Positions 12,000 to 25,102 of a stretch of 64,000 nucleotides of DNA are shown here, one piece after another. This DNA comes from Octopus sinensis (lineage: Eukaryota): positions 210,304,001-210,368,000 of the forward strand of contig NC_042997.1 of NCBI RefSeq assembly GCF_006345805.1, read 5' to 3'. Within the stretch, counting starts at the first letter, position 1; every line of letters begins with the position of its first letter. The notes under the pieces are model-generated. The model searched no databases, was not told the DNA's origin, and saw only the letters and a program-made list of their open reading frames with translations. Both the position numbers and the translations under genes were made by a program.

Positions 12000-12300
12000 T
12001 CCAGAATGAGTCAAATGTGGTTCCTTGAGAATTTCTATGACCAGCCCAAATTTCTGGTCCCCTAATATTCACGATTGTTATCCTGTGGATTACTGTGTTT
12101 GGTGGGGGGGTGGTGCTGAAAAGGACACCAACCCCTCTCCCTGCCATACCAAGGCCAAGCTGGTCAAGATCAAGGAGGTGTTTGAAAATCTTCTCAGAGG
12201 ACACAGGAACGAATGTATCAGGTTCCAGAGCTGTCTTCAGGTCATAATGCAAGTTGAGGGTGACCACCTTGAGGAAACTGCTATCTCACAACTATATTCA
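12000..12300 (+). pseudogene. Tc1/mariner-superfamily transposase C-terminal remnant
   Basis: PNFWSPNIHDCYPVDYCVW..TN...HTKAKL..IKEVF..L...CIRFQSCLQ....EGD matches the WPPNSPDxNPLDYxVW region. Confidence 0.75.
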
Positions 12301-12957
12301 AGTTGTAGCACTTGTGTCACCGCGTCGCCTTACTGGCACTTGTGCTGGTGGCACGTGAAACATTCGAGCGAGGTCGTCGCCAGTGCCACTGGACTGGCTC
12401 CTGTGCAGGTGGCACAAAAAAAAGCACCATTTGGGCATGGCCGTCGCCAATGTCACCAAACTGGCCCTCGTGCTGGTGGCACGTAAAAGCACCCACTACA
12501 CTCTCGGAGTGGTTGGCGTTAGGAAGGGCATCCAGCTGTAGAAATTCTACCAGACCAGATTGGAGTCTGGTTCGCCAGAACTCAAACCAATCGTCCAACC
12601 CATGCTAGCATGGAAAGCGGACGTTAAACGATGATGATGATTTTGATTTTTTTTTTAATATTTTAAATTTTTGGATGAGATATCGTGTTTCCATTTTATG
12701 CAGTCTCTATATACATTCTTGTATTCTTTTACCTGTTTCAGTCATTTGACTGCAGCCATGCTGGAGCACCACCTTAAAAGGTTTTAGTCAAAGAAATTGG
12801 CCCCAGGACATATTCTTTGTAAGCCTAGAACTTATTCTATCAGTATCTTTTGCTATACCGCTAAGTTACGGGGACCTAAACACACCAGCATTAGTTTTCA
12901 AACGATGGTTGGGGGAACAAACACACACATAAAATATATACATATATGTATATATGT

Positions 12958-13250
12958 GGAGGTGCAATGGCCCAGTGGTTAGGGCAGCGGACTCGCAGTC
13001 GTAGGATCGCGGTTTCGATTCCCAGACCGGGCGTTGTGAGTGTTTATTGAGCGAAAACACCTAAAAGCTCCACGAGGCTCCGGCAGGGGGTGGTGATCCC
13101 TGCTGTACTCTTTCACCACTCTTTCTTCTGTTGACCTGCTTGCTTAGCCAGCAGGGTGGTGTCATTCGAAGGCTAAAACAATGCAAACGCATTGTGACCA
13201 GCGGTGTGTAACAACATCTGATGGTCTGGTCGGTCACATGATCACGTGAT
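12958..13250 (+). mobile_element. tRNA-derived SINE family C
   Basis: tRNA-like head TGGCCCAGTGGTTAGGGCAGCGGACTCGC..GGTTTCGATTCCC continuing into a shared body ending GATCACGTGATAT; copies at 16413-16702(+) and 45478-45745(-). Confidence 0.8.
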
Positions 13251-13714
13251 ATGTATATATGACAGGCTTCTTTCAGTTTCTATCTACCAAATCCACTCAC
13301 AAGCATTTGGTCAGCCCGAAGCAACTGTAGAAGACACTCGTCCAAGGTGCCATGCAGTGGGACTGAAGACGGACCCATGGCAGGTGAAAAGCAAGCATCT
13401 TACCACAGAACCATGTCTGTATGATTTAAGTAAAAATGAGCCATGAGAAATAACTCTTATCGCCTATGGTAAGTATTTGAACAACATAAACAAATGCAGA
13501 TATATCAAATAGCATACAACATAAATTCTAGATTTATTAGAATTATCTCCACCTCTACAAGATGTACCATAATTAGCAAGTGGTAATTAAGACCGGCTCC
13601 ACTTGAGAAGGGGAAATAATCTCAAGATTAAAGAATTCTCCAAAGTTGACAGGATTATTGTTTGGAGATAAGAGGAGTATCATGAGCACATGTGTTCCTG
13701 GTTCTATTGCTGAC

Positions 13715-14400
13715 ATCAGCATGTGATGGCTGCGCCCCTCGTTATCGAGTATGGCCATTGCACAAAGCTTAACTGTTATCGGTGCTGTGATCGAATGTGA
13801 CTTTTTAGCCCAGTTAAAGATCTACAATGTCTTGTACAAAATTGGCAACTAATACCTTTACCGGCCAACAGCCGGCTGTAGTTGTAACTAGGCTTCATGT
13901 GCCTTTGCATGTCGTTTAAGTCCTCCTGCCCAATTACACTCTCTTCCACATGCCCGACAGATACGATTAGTATGGTGTCTAACACCCCCACCAGTGGCCA
14001 GGTTGTCCACTCATCTGTCTCGCTTTATGACTACGAAGATGACTCTTGAGTCCCGTCCATCAGCACATATGCACCTATGTACAGCATGTGAAATTTTTTC
14101 CCCACGAGAGTTCCGGACCCCAGCAATGAACTCATTTGCATACAGCCAATCAGAGCTCACCTTAAAGATCCACATACTGTGTGCTGCTATGTACAGCCAG
14201 TCAGGCATAGAATGGTGTATGCCACTCTGTGAGTACAGCACAGCAGGTCTCACACAACCACCACCACCACCATCCTCATAGATCAATTGAGCACCATCTC
14301 TATCTGGAGCTAGCATTAGGTACCTATGCTCAGACTGAGATTAGTAATACAGCATGTCGCCATTGATGTATGTAAAGAGGGTGCAATACGACACAACACC
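13715..14400 (-). mobile_element. RTE-BovB-like LINE 3' end remnant
   Basis: ORF 13776-13991 ends CQFCTRHCRSLTGLKSHIRSQH, the C-terminal zinc-finger-like motif of RTE ORFs. Confidence 0.65.
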
Positions 14401-15110
14401 ATATTAATTACGATGTTCCCAGATTAACATCAACTTTTTAAATTAGGAATGTAGAAAATCAGTCAAAAAATTAGGAAACTACACTCATTTATGTTTTCTA
14501 CCAAATTACACGATTTCTTTTCTACTCAAGGCACAAGGCCTGAAAGTTTTGGGGGAGAGGACCAGTTGATTAGATCGACCCCAGTATGCAACTGGTACTT
14601 AATTTATCGACTTCGAAAGGATGAAAGGCAAAGTCGACCTTGGCAGCAATTACATAAATTGGCAACACTTGCAGCATCATCAATGAACAACTCTCCATTC
14701 ACTTTCATCATCATCATTTAACGTCCGTTTTCCATTAATCTTTATGCTCTCCAATGCTGTTAACTGTCCACCAGTACCTCAAGCTGTTCCTGATAAAAGG
14801 AGACAGAACAGTTTGTCAAATTTAGCCTGAACACCCTACATGGAAGAAATGAACATTAAAAGATGATGATGATGATGATGACATATGCACATCATCATCA
14901 TCACCATCATCATTTAACGTACATCTTTCCATGCTAACATAGGTTGGACAGCTTGACAGGAGCTGGCGAGCAAGAAGACTGCTCCAAGCTCCACTGTTTT
15001 GGTATGGTTTTTACAGCTGGATGCCCTTGTAATGCCAACCACTTTAAAGGGTCGACTTGGTGCTTTTGACATGACACCAGCACTGGCAAGGACTGTTTCT
15101 GCATACATAC

Positions 15111-15148
<38 letters not shown>

Positions 15149-16700
15149 CATCATCATCATCATCGTTTAACATCCGTTTTCCTTGCTGGCATAGGTTGGA
15201 GAGTTTTACTGAGGACTGGTGAGCCAGATGGCTGCACCAGGCTCTAATTTGATCTGGCAAGGTTTCTACAGCTGGATGCCCTTCCTAACACTAACCACTC
15301 CGAGAGTGTAGTGGGTGCTTTTTACGTGCCACCAGCACAAAGCATCGACCACACTCGAATGGCACATTTTGTCACCGGCACAGGTGCCAGTTAGGTGGTA
15401 CTGATATATCTCAATAAAGATATATTAAAAAGACAAGATAAATTCTTAAATAAAAGAAGTATAAAAAAAACCCGCATTATTTATGTACCCAGTACATGCT
15501 TCACAATATGCAAATATTTAATACTAATCACCGAACACTTCTCAATTAATCATAGGTTTTATGAAGTAATTATCAGAAATGATGCAAAAGTTAGCTATAA
15601 ACACACCAACAGAAGAATTGATATAATGCCATGTTGCATACACAAGAACAAATTCATTTTAAAAATTGGTCTGAACTGCAAACATGGTAAATATCTAAAG
15701 TTTAATAGAATCAGAAATAGCAGTTGAGGTATGATATTGTCAACTCTAACCAAGCAACAAAATAAAATAACAAAAGGGGAAGATGGCAATTTAGAGACAT
15801 CAGATACAAAAATAAATACTGAGTAATATTTACACAATACAACAGAAAAAAAAAAAATATATATATATATATAGAAATGTAGGCAAATCATAGCAAACCA
15901 GGATATGAAATAGTTACGAGAGACCAACCAGCAATTTGGTTTGTGAAACATGATAATGATCAATACTAAATGCTGACAGATTTACTGACAATCCGGACTT
16001 TATATTGAGATTAACCAATGAAAACAGAACAACCAACAAAGTGACAAATAAAAAACAAAAAAAAGCAGCTCAACAACAAAGACCACCTTAACGAAATAAT
16101 AGGAACTGGTCATTGGTCAATGAAGGCCGTAGGCACTCACGAATGAACCCGTTTACTCTTGTACTTGTTTCAGTCATTAGACTGCAACCATGCTGGGGCA
16201 TTACCTAGAAAAGATATTAGTCGAACAGATTGATCCCTAGAAATCCTTTTTCTAAGCCTAGAACTTATCATATCGGGTTTGTTTGCTAAACTGCTAAGTT
16301 ACCTGGGTGTAAGACAGCAACACCAGTTGTCAAGCAGGGGTGGGGTGGAGGTGGGGTGATAAACACAGACACAAAAATACACACAAAAAATACACACAAA
16401 AATACACACTAACCTAGTGGTTAGGGCAGCGGACTCGCGGTCGCAGGATCGCGGTTTCAATTCCCAGACCGGGCGTTGTGAGTGTTTATTGAGCGAAAGC
16501 ACCTAAAAGCTCCACAAGGCTCCGGCAGGGGGTGGTGATCCCTGCTGTACTCTTTCACCACTCTTTCTCTCACTTTCTTCTGTTGGCCTGCTCGCTTAGC
16601 CAGCGGGGTGGCATCATTCGAAGGCTAAAACAATGTGAACGCATTGTGACCAGCGATGTGTAACAACATCTGATGGTCTGGTCAGTCACGTGATCACGTG

Positions 16701-16735
<35 letters not shown>

Positions 16736-17149
16736 TATATATACATACACACACATATATATTCTTTTATTTGTTTCAGTCATTTAAAGGTGCCATGCTG
16801 GAGCACCGCCTTTAGTTGAACAAATCAACCCCAGGATTTATTCTTTGTAAGCCTAGTACTTATTCTATCAGTCTCTTTTTGCCGAACCACTAACTTATAG
16901 GGACATAAACACACTAACATAGGTTGTCAAGCAATGGTAGGAGGACAAACACAGACACAATACACCCCCCCACACACACACATACATATATACGACAGGC
17001 TTCTTTCAGTTTCTCTCTACTAAATCCACTCACAAGGTTTTGGTTGGCCTGAGGCTATAGTAGAAGACGCTTGTCCAAAGTGCCATGCAGTGGGACTGAA
17101 CCCGGAACCACGTGTTTGGTAAACAAGCTTCTTACTACACAACCACTCT

Positions 17150-17236
17150 TGTGCATATCTATCTATCTATCTATCTCTCCATCTATCTATCTATCAATCA
17201 ATCAATCAATCTATCTATCTATCTATCAATCAATCA

Positions 17237-17319
<83 letters not shown>

Positions 17320-17389
17320 TATCTATCTATCTATCAATCAATCAATCAATCAATCTATCTATCAATCAATCTATCTATCTATCAATCAA

Positions 17390-17420
<31 letters not shown>

Positions 17421-17516
17421 TTCTATCTATCTTTCTATCTATCTATCTATCTATCTATCAATCAATCAATCAATCAATCTATCAATCAATCAATCTATCT
17501 ATCAATCAATCAGTCA

Positions 17517-17563
<47 letters not shown>

Positions 17564-17621
17564 AATCAATCAATCAATCTATCAATCAATCAATCTATCT
17601 ATCAATCAATCAATCAATCTA

Positions 17622-17657
<36 letters not shown>

Positions 17658-17660
17658 TAT
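17150..17660. repeat. (TCTA/TCAA/TCTG)n tetranucleotide tract
   Basis: Directly visible. Confidence 0.95.
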
Positions 17661-17999
17661 ATTATGCATATACAACAGGGGCTTCTTTGAGTTTCTGTCT
17701 ACCAAATATGAATCCAGAACCATGTTGTTAGGAAACACTCTTCTTACCCCCACAAAGCCCTGTCTGCGCTACTCTTTATAAAATACAAAATACTTTAGCA
17801 AACAGAAGCAGTACAAAACAATTTAGCACAAATAAAAATGTGCAACAAATCTTCTGAACATGCATTTTTTTAATAAAAATGCAATGAAGTCCTACATTTC
17901 AAAATAAAAACCTTGGTTAAACCAAATGTCTTTCTCTGTGTAACTAAAAAAACATTCAGCGATGACTAATTTTAAATTTCTGTTTATATCTCCTTGGAG

Positions 18000-18540
18000 A
18001 GAGAGTGTTCATTTCCTGCCCACAGTTATTTATAGAACATGCAAAACTCCAGCATTTCTTGTGCACTTATAATTTATGGTTACCCAACTGCAATTCTTCC
18101 CCACCCCTTTTTAGAATATCAAGTTTGGTAACTTCCCATTTAGCTGTAGAATCCTGTATTTTTTGGTAAGACTCTGCTAGATTTACTTTTGAATCTATTC
18201 ATTCTAGATTCTGCTCTCACGTACAAAAGCCTGCCTCTCCTTCTTTGGCTCTGAGAACTTGGTCATCAGAATACAGAAGTTCCCATTAACATCCAATTCT
18301 GTACCTGTCTTATAGTCCTGAGAACCATTAAAATAACGAGGAGGTCGGGGTCAGTAACCAAGCTCTAAGGAAAACATACTTCTATCATAAATTTCTTGGT
18401 AAACCCTTTTCTAATTTCCACTTTGCTAACATCACAATCCATTTAATCCAGTTTCCTTAGCAAAAATTGGTCTTTTAAGGGATCTTTCCAGGAAGACAAA
18501 AACAAGGTTTAGGGCCCAGTTATTTCCTAAGAACTTCTGA
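18000..18540 (-). pseudogene. Highly decayed RTE reverse-transcriptase fragment
   Basis: Minus frame gives WELLYSDDQVLRAKE..GF..*EQNLE...KVNLAES, matching RTE WELLYADDLVL..WKxNLESKGLKVNLAKT. Confidence 0.7.
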
Positions 18541-18760
18541 TATTCATCATCATCATTTAGCGTCCGCTTTCCATGCTAGCATGGGTTGGACGGTTCAACT
18601 GGGGTCTGTGAAGCCAGAAGGCCGTATCGGGCCCAGTCTGATCTGGCAGTGTTTCTACGGCTGGATGCCCTTCCTAACGCCAACCACTCCGTGAGTGTAG
18701 TGGGTGTTTTTACGTGCCACCCTCACAGGTGCCAGACGGAGTTGGCAAACGGCCATGAAC

Positions 18761-19030
18761 GGATGGTGCTTTTACGTGCCACCGGCACGGGGGGCCAGGC
18801 GAGGCTGGCAACGGACACGAACGGATGGTGCTTTTACGTGCCACCGGCACGGGGGACCAGGCGAGGCTGGCAACGGACACGAACGGATGGTGCTTTTACG
18901 TGCCACCGGCACGGGGGGGCCAGGCGAGGCTGGCAACGGACACGAACGGATGGTGCTTTTACGTGCCACCGGCACGGGGGGGCCAGGCGAGGCTGGCAAC
19001 GGACACGAACGGATGGTGCTTTTATGTGCT
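18761..19030. repeat. 62-63-bp minisatellite inside an RTE 3' end
   Basis: Units start at 18761, 18823, 18885, 18948 and (partial) 19011; each has a GTGCCACCGGCAC hairpin. Confidence 0.9.
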
Positions 19031-19456
19031 GGCATCTATTTACGATAGATGTTTTACTGGCAACAGACACGAACGGATGGTGCTTTTACGTTAATAGCAG
19101 CTGTTGTTGGCTGTTCAAGTGCAGTGTTATTATCAAATGGAAAAACAGTTTGTATGAATCGCCATGAGACGTTTTTGTGTATAAATATGTTGTTTATTCT
19201 GTGTTTTACCTTTTGTGGTGGGAGCAGGTAGTGTTGGTAAAAGGCAACCTCTACACTCTTGGAGTGGTTGGCATTAGGAAGGGCATCCAGCTGTAGAAAC
19301 CAAGCCCAAATCAGACTGGACCCTCCTTACCAATTCCAGTCAAACTGTATGGAAAACGAATGCTAAATGATGATGATGATGATGATGATGATGATAATGA
19401 TGGTGGTGGTGGTGGTGGTGGTAATGATGATGTATGTATGTGTATGTGTGTGTATG

Positions 19457-19499
<43 letters not shown>

Positions 19500-19501
<2 letters not shown>

Positions 19502-19720
19502 CAGCAAAATTTAGATTCAGATGAATATGGTACTTAAGTTAAAGGCACCAGAATTTGGTATGGTATTATCCATATAAATCAAATGGGATGATTATAATCA
19601 AAATAAGCAACAAGGATATCCAAGGTAGTGTAGTACAATCGTTTCATGCTACTTCATTTTATTAAACGATGTAAGTATTACATCAGTTTTAAATGTAGAG
19701 CAATCTTCAGCCACATATAG
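19500..19720 (-). mobile_element. Penelope-like terminal repeat fragment
   Basis: AT-rich segment after (TA)n carrying a type-I hammerhead motif. Confidence 0.5.
19629..19715 (-). ncRNA. Type-I hammerhead ribozyme motif with extended stem II
   Basis: Minus strand UGUGG CUGAAGA [~65-nt hairpin UUGCU...AGCAU] GAAAC GAUU GUA CUACA. Confidence 0.6.
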
Positions 19721-19856
19721 AATTTTTTAATTAAATAGACAATGTACATTTTTATACTTATTCCATTTGCCAACATTACAAAGAGGGTAGATATATAGGG
19801 AGAGAGGTTAATTTCATCATTAAGAACATGGTAGTAGGAGGTCCTTCTCCATGGGA

Positions 19857-21708
19857 TCTTAATATATAAAATCCGCTCTGCCTTTCTGTGCGCTTATAAC
19901 TCAAGTATTGTTCATCCAATTGCGCTGAAATTTTAAACATGGATACATGAGAGAGCGGGACATTTGGTAATCTAAAATGATTTTCAAAATCGCCAGTTAC
20001 AAAGTGAGAATTGCTATTTTTGTCATCTTTAATGTCCTGTTTGTTCCGCCCTGCATGTACCATTTCGCTAGCAACAAGGGAAGTACAGGATGACTGTCAG
20101 CCAAAACCGTTGCTATGCTGTCTCTCTTCTTTCCTCTCTCTGTAGGGTTAATAATCTTAATCTTTAGTTACAGTTTCTTATTCAAACTACATAATAGGCA
20201 GAATTGTTGGATTAAGACAGTAGGGTGCTTTGAGGGAGATTTGGCTGCCATTTCTGCCAGGTCTTATGTCTGTATTGTTATGTTACATATATATTACATA
20301 TTCCTTATGCTTTCCAAAACTGAGTCACAAATTTTGACGGAGGGGTATCAAAACATTCAGTACTATTTTGGCTATAAATTAAACTTAATCTCCATTCACA
20401 TATTTGCATTTCAAATAATCTTTTCCATAAATCAACTATCGTAAAAATTTTATACGATAACGTCACATTTTCTAATGTGTATGGACCTTAAAAGATATCA
20501 ATCATCACAACACACACCTTCATTCACTCACTATCTCTCTTTCTCACCCTCTTTCTCTCTCACATACACACACATACACATACACACGTCCATTTCATAT
20601 AGACACACATACATCTTTCACTTTCTTTCTCTGTTCTTTTCACTTTCTCTTCTTTCAATTTCTGCTATCTGCAAATAAAATTTTTACGGATACAACTGCT
20701 TACAAAAATAGGGATTAATGAATAATTTCTTTCTGTGTTCATAATTTTTTTTGTTTACGATATTGGGAAAAATATGCCACCAAAGAAAAGACGTAGTTTC
20801 TCCAGAAACAAGCAAGGAGGATTATAGATAACCGAAGGCGAGAGTCTGAAGAGAGAGGCTAGATGAGATTTTCTCAACATCAGCAAATGCATGTTGCAGC
20901 ACTTAATGCTGGATCATTAAATCAATGTTTTAATGATTAGACAGAAGTCCAATAGAACAGCTCTCAGAAACAGACTGTGTACAAATCCTTTCTTCACAAC
21001 ACCTGAAGCTGTTTTCAGATATGCTCCATCCCATTCTTATAAAAATAATAACTCTGTCCAAACTAGTGTGCTAAACACAAATTGTCTTTTCTGTAGAGCT
21101 TTCAAACTTTCAAATGAAACAAATAGTATGTGTTGCTCAGGTGGTCAGGTAACATTGCCAGCACTATACCAGCTCCTTGTCAACCTCTTATGGATCTTCT
21201 AGAAGGCACTTCCATCCAGTCAAAGGATTTTCTGAACAATATCAGACAATAAACTCTGCAAATGACATCATTTGGTGCATCAAAGAAGATAGACAAACAT
21301 GAATTTACGCCGGCGTCAAACTTCAAGGGCAAGTCTATCACTTCATTGGTTCCCTGTTACCCACAAATGAACAACCACTGTTTCTCCAAATTTACTTTAT
21401 GAGTGATGTAGGACAACAAACCCGAAAGATATGTCAACATTTCAGATGATGGATTGTGTTAGACACAGCACCAACTGCTGTAAAAGAGAGCTTCTCGATG
21501 CGTTCAAAAATCAAATAGCCCTCACAGGTTAGGGCCTGAAATACTCCAAACGGACGCATAGCATGTTGATAATCAAATTAGCCCATCCGTTACTCCACAT
21601 TGTTATCAATGCTGCACTTTCCCATATCACCTGTTTCAACATAACTGTAATATATTATATACAAACTATGCCATTTTAATCCCGAGCAATGCCAGGTATC
21701 TCTGCTAG
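19857..21708 (+). mobile_element. Internally deleted Helitron with RepHel 5' remnant
   Basis: A|TCTTAATATATAAAA start; CCCGAGCAATGCCAGG hairpin then CTAG|T end. Confidence 0.75.
20774..21440 (+). pseudogene. Helitron Rep/helicase N-terminal fragment (zinc finger plus Helitron_like_N region), frameshifted
   Basis: MPPKKRR start; CLFCRAFKLSNETNSMCCSGGQVTLPAL; KDFLNNIRQ..MTSFG..KLQGQVYHFIGSLLP..PLFLQIYFM. Confidence 0.8.
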
Positions 21709-21727
21709 TATGTATATATATATATAT

Positions 21728-23050
21728 ACATCATCATCATCATCATCATCATCATTTAACGTCCATTTACCGCGCTAGCATGGGTTGGACGGTTCAACCG
21801 GGGTCTGGGAAGCCAGGGGCTGCACCAGGCTCCAGTCCTAATGCCAACCACTCCACGAGTGTAGTGGGTGCTTTTTACGTGCCACCTACACAAGTGCCAG
21901 GGGAGTCCAGCATCAGCCACGATTGGTTAGCTTTTAACGTGCCACCAGCACAGAAGCCAGCCAAGGCGGCGCTGGCATCGGCACGTTCGGATGATGCTTT
22001 TTATGCGCCACCGGCACAGAAGCCAGTCGAGGCGGCGCTGGCATCGGCCACGTTCGGATGATGCTTTTTATGTGCCACCAGCACAGAAGCCAATCGAGGC
22101 GGCGCTGGCAATGGCCACGTTCGGATGATGCTTTTTATGTGCCACCAGCACAGAAGCCAATCGAGGCGGCGCTGGCAATGGCCACGTTCGGATAGTGCTT
22201 CTTACATGCCACCAGCACAGGTATCACAACTACTATTTCCATTGATATTTATTTCGATGTTCATGTACTTGACTCAACAGGTCTCCTCAAACACAGCGGG
22301 ATGTTCTGGAATCCAAGGTACTTTGAATGGGCAGGGGCTATGCGGAACTGATGCAGGAAGCAGCCCGGGTCTTTGCAGTCACAGCATATCTCCAGAGATC
22401 TCGGTCCTTCGTCATTGCCTCTGTGAGGCCCAATGCTCTGAGGTCATGCTTGACTACCTCATCCCATGTCTTCCTGGGTCTACCTCTCCCCCTGATACCT
22501 TCAACTGTTTGGGAGTGGCACTTCTTCACACATCTCTCCTCATCCATCCGCAGTACATGACCATACCATCGCAAGCGTCACTCTTGCACACCACATCTGA
22601 TGCTTCTTATGTCCAGCATTTCTCTCAGGGTGCTTACACTCTGTCGTGCGCGCACACTGACATTACACATCCAGCGGCTCATGCTAGCTTCATTCCTTTC
22701 AAGTCTACGCATGTCCTCTGCAGTCACAGCCCATGTTTCACTACCGTGAAGCATGGTAGTTCGCACACATGCGTCATACAATCTACCTTTCACTCTGAGC
22801 GAGAGACCCTTTGTCGCCAGTAGGGGTAGGAGCTTTCTGAACTTTGCCCAGGCTATTCGTATTCTAGTGGTGACACTCTCTGTGCATCCACCTCCACTAC
22901 TAACTTGGTCACCCAGGTAGCGGAAACTATCAACTACTTCTAGTTTCTCCCCCTGGAGTGTGATGGAATCTGTTTTCTGAGTATCTGTGGTGTCTATTGT
23001 CCCTGTGCATCTGCCGCGCATGAAAGCTATCTTATCAGTTAATTTCCCTT
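21728..23050 (-). mobile_element. 5'-truncated RTE LINE with well-preserved RT C-terminus, VNTR-containing 3' UTR and (GAT)n tail
   Basis: In-frame ORFs 22578-23072 and 22338-22574 are separated by one CGA>TGA stop (FRYLGDQVS..LHGSETW..RLRWYGHVLRM..GRGRPRKTW); they run directly into the abundant (CAT)n-flanked repeat. Confidence 0.9.
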
Positions 23051-23060
23051 TGATACATAT

Positions 23061-23104
<44 letters not shown>

Positions 23105-23111
23105 ATATATA

Positions 23112-23430
23112 CTAGCATTAACGCCTGGCGTTGCTCAGGTTTGTTTCGACCCTTTAGAATAGGAATTTTTGAAAAGTAAAACTTTTGCATTATGTAGCTT
23201 GTTATTGTCTTTAAGTAAACATTTTTCTGGTTGAAATACACCGAAAAATGGCGACACAACAGTCAAAAAATCGTAAAAAATAGGGATTCTCATAGAAAAA
23301 AAGCACCTTTTTGATGTAAATAATTTTTGGTGTTAACATGGTCCGATTTGAATTTTTTCTTTTACAGAAGGAAGAGCAAGCTTTCTTCTATCATACTCTC
23401 AATTTTGGTCAACTTGCGCCGCAGGGTACT
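23112..23430 (-). mobile_element. Helitron 3' fragment
   Basis: Minus strand CCTGAGCAACGCCAGGCGTTAATGCTAG|T hairpin plus CTAG terminus. Confidence 0.6.
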
Positions 23431-24030
23431 CGTGTAATAACGAGCTCCCGTCATTAGGTAAATATCAACAGCATGAATACGAATACTTCCATTTCTTAGA
23501 AGCAGACGTGTTCGGATCTAAATAAAACTCCAGATTTTATGGAATTATACCTAGAAATTCAGTATGACAGGAAGATCTAGTGATGGTCAACGCTAGTTCC
23601 AACCACGGACTCACATCATGCTCTGTCCCCTCTCTGTATGTCTTTTACCGTTACTACAACATCGTCTGCTCTCCTAAACCTGCAGGTTGCAAACCAATGT
23701 CGTCTGCATTATTTTTCTGTCTAACCCCCGCCATAATTTTTCCCTAAACATTTTATCTATTACTATCATGCTTTGTTGCCCGTCAATAAACTCTCTGCCG
23801 GCGCTAGATATCGATCTCGCCAGTCGGCATTAATTAATAAATAACTAACAATGTAATGACATTGTTACAACGACGACGACGACGACGACGTCATGGCTTT
23901 TGAGGAGGAGGAGGAGGAGGAGAAGAAGAAAAACGAAAACAAACAAAAAAACAAAAACAACGTTGTCTCGTCTGCTGATCACGTGGTCTGTCGTCTGCTC
24001 TTTCCAATTACACGACAAACGCGCTCACCC
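23430..24030. promoter_or_regulatory. CpG-rich non-repeat island, candidate promoter/enhancer
   Basis: Four exact TCGTCTGC copies, CACGTG E-box (23980-23985) and inverted AACAATG/CATTGTT pair (23846-23867). Confidence 0.3.
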
Positions 24031-24039
24031 CCCCCCCAC

Positions 24040-25070
24040 CACACACACGTCGCACACATGACACAATAAACACGTAACATACACACACACATTCACGCTT
24101 AGTATATACACACAGGAACACAGGTGTACGCACACGTGCATACACACATACAAACAATGCACTGACACACACACTCACACATTCACACACACACAAACAA
24201 TGCACTCACACACACTCACACGCGCACACACAAACAATGCACTCACACACACACACACAAACAATGCACTCACACACACACAAACAATGCACTCATACAC
24301 CCTAACACACACACACACACACTCAAACAATGCACTCACATACATACACACACATTACATGCGCGCTCACGCACTGTACTTTAGGTTTCTTCCCCTCCTC
24401 CTCTATCTCTCTCTCTTTCGATCAGTTGCAGTGTCTGGTTTATTTCTCTCTTTTTCTCTTCCGTCACAGCATATTACCTTTCTCTCTTTCTTCACTCCTT
24501 CTTACTTTCCCTTCTTCTTTCTCTCACACACTCACTCTTTCTCCTTCCCTCTCTCTCTCTCTCTCTAGTAATATTTTCACTCCCTATCTCAAGCTACGTT
24601 TCTCGTCTCCTCTTCCTTCAACTGACTTCCCTACTCTTTCTTTGTCCTTCCTCTCACTCTTCCTGAACACATACACAGCACGCACACACACACACACACA
24701 CACACAAACACTTACGCACACATACAAGCACACACTCAAACACACACACACACCATGAGCCAAAGATGCAGCCTCTAAGTGGTAGCTCGACTTGCTAGAA
24801 ACAGCAGCCATATTTTTCTCACATCTCAACCTAAGGTGGAACGGTCATGTCTAGAATGCCTTTCAACACAGATTGGCTCATTCAGAGCTCACCTGGACGA
24901 AAACCAACGCACACACACCCAAGTTTATATATTACCATGATATATCGATGTGTGTGTCTACAGAGTTTCTTAAATTATAACATCAAATCTCCGACCCAGA
25001 TACCATTTATCTATATTAATGTCTCTTTTGTTTCTGTCTGCAACTGTATCTCTCTCTCTCTTTCTCTCTC

Positions 25071-25102
<32 letters not shown>

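Noticed and set aside
12958-13035. tRNA gene
   Set aside because: The tRNA-like head continues into a shared SINE body present three times; same for the heads at 7328, 10341, 11190 and 43615.
14130-14160. Octamer ATTTGCAT plus CCAAT box as a promoter
   Set aside because: It lies within a probable decayed RTE remnant, and short motifs alone are insufficient.
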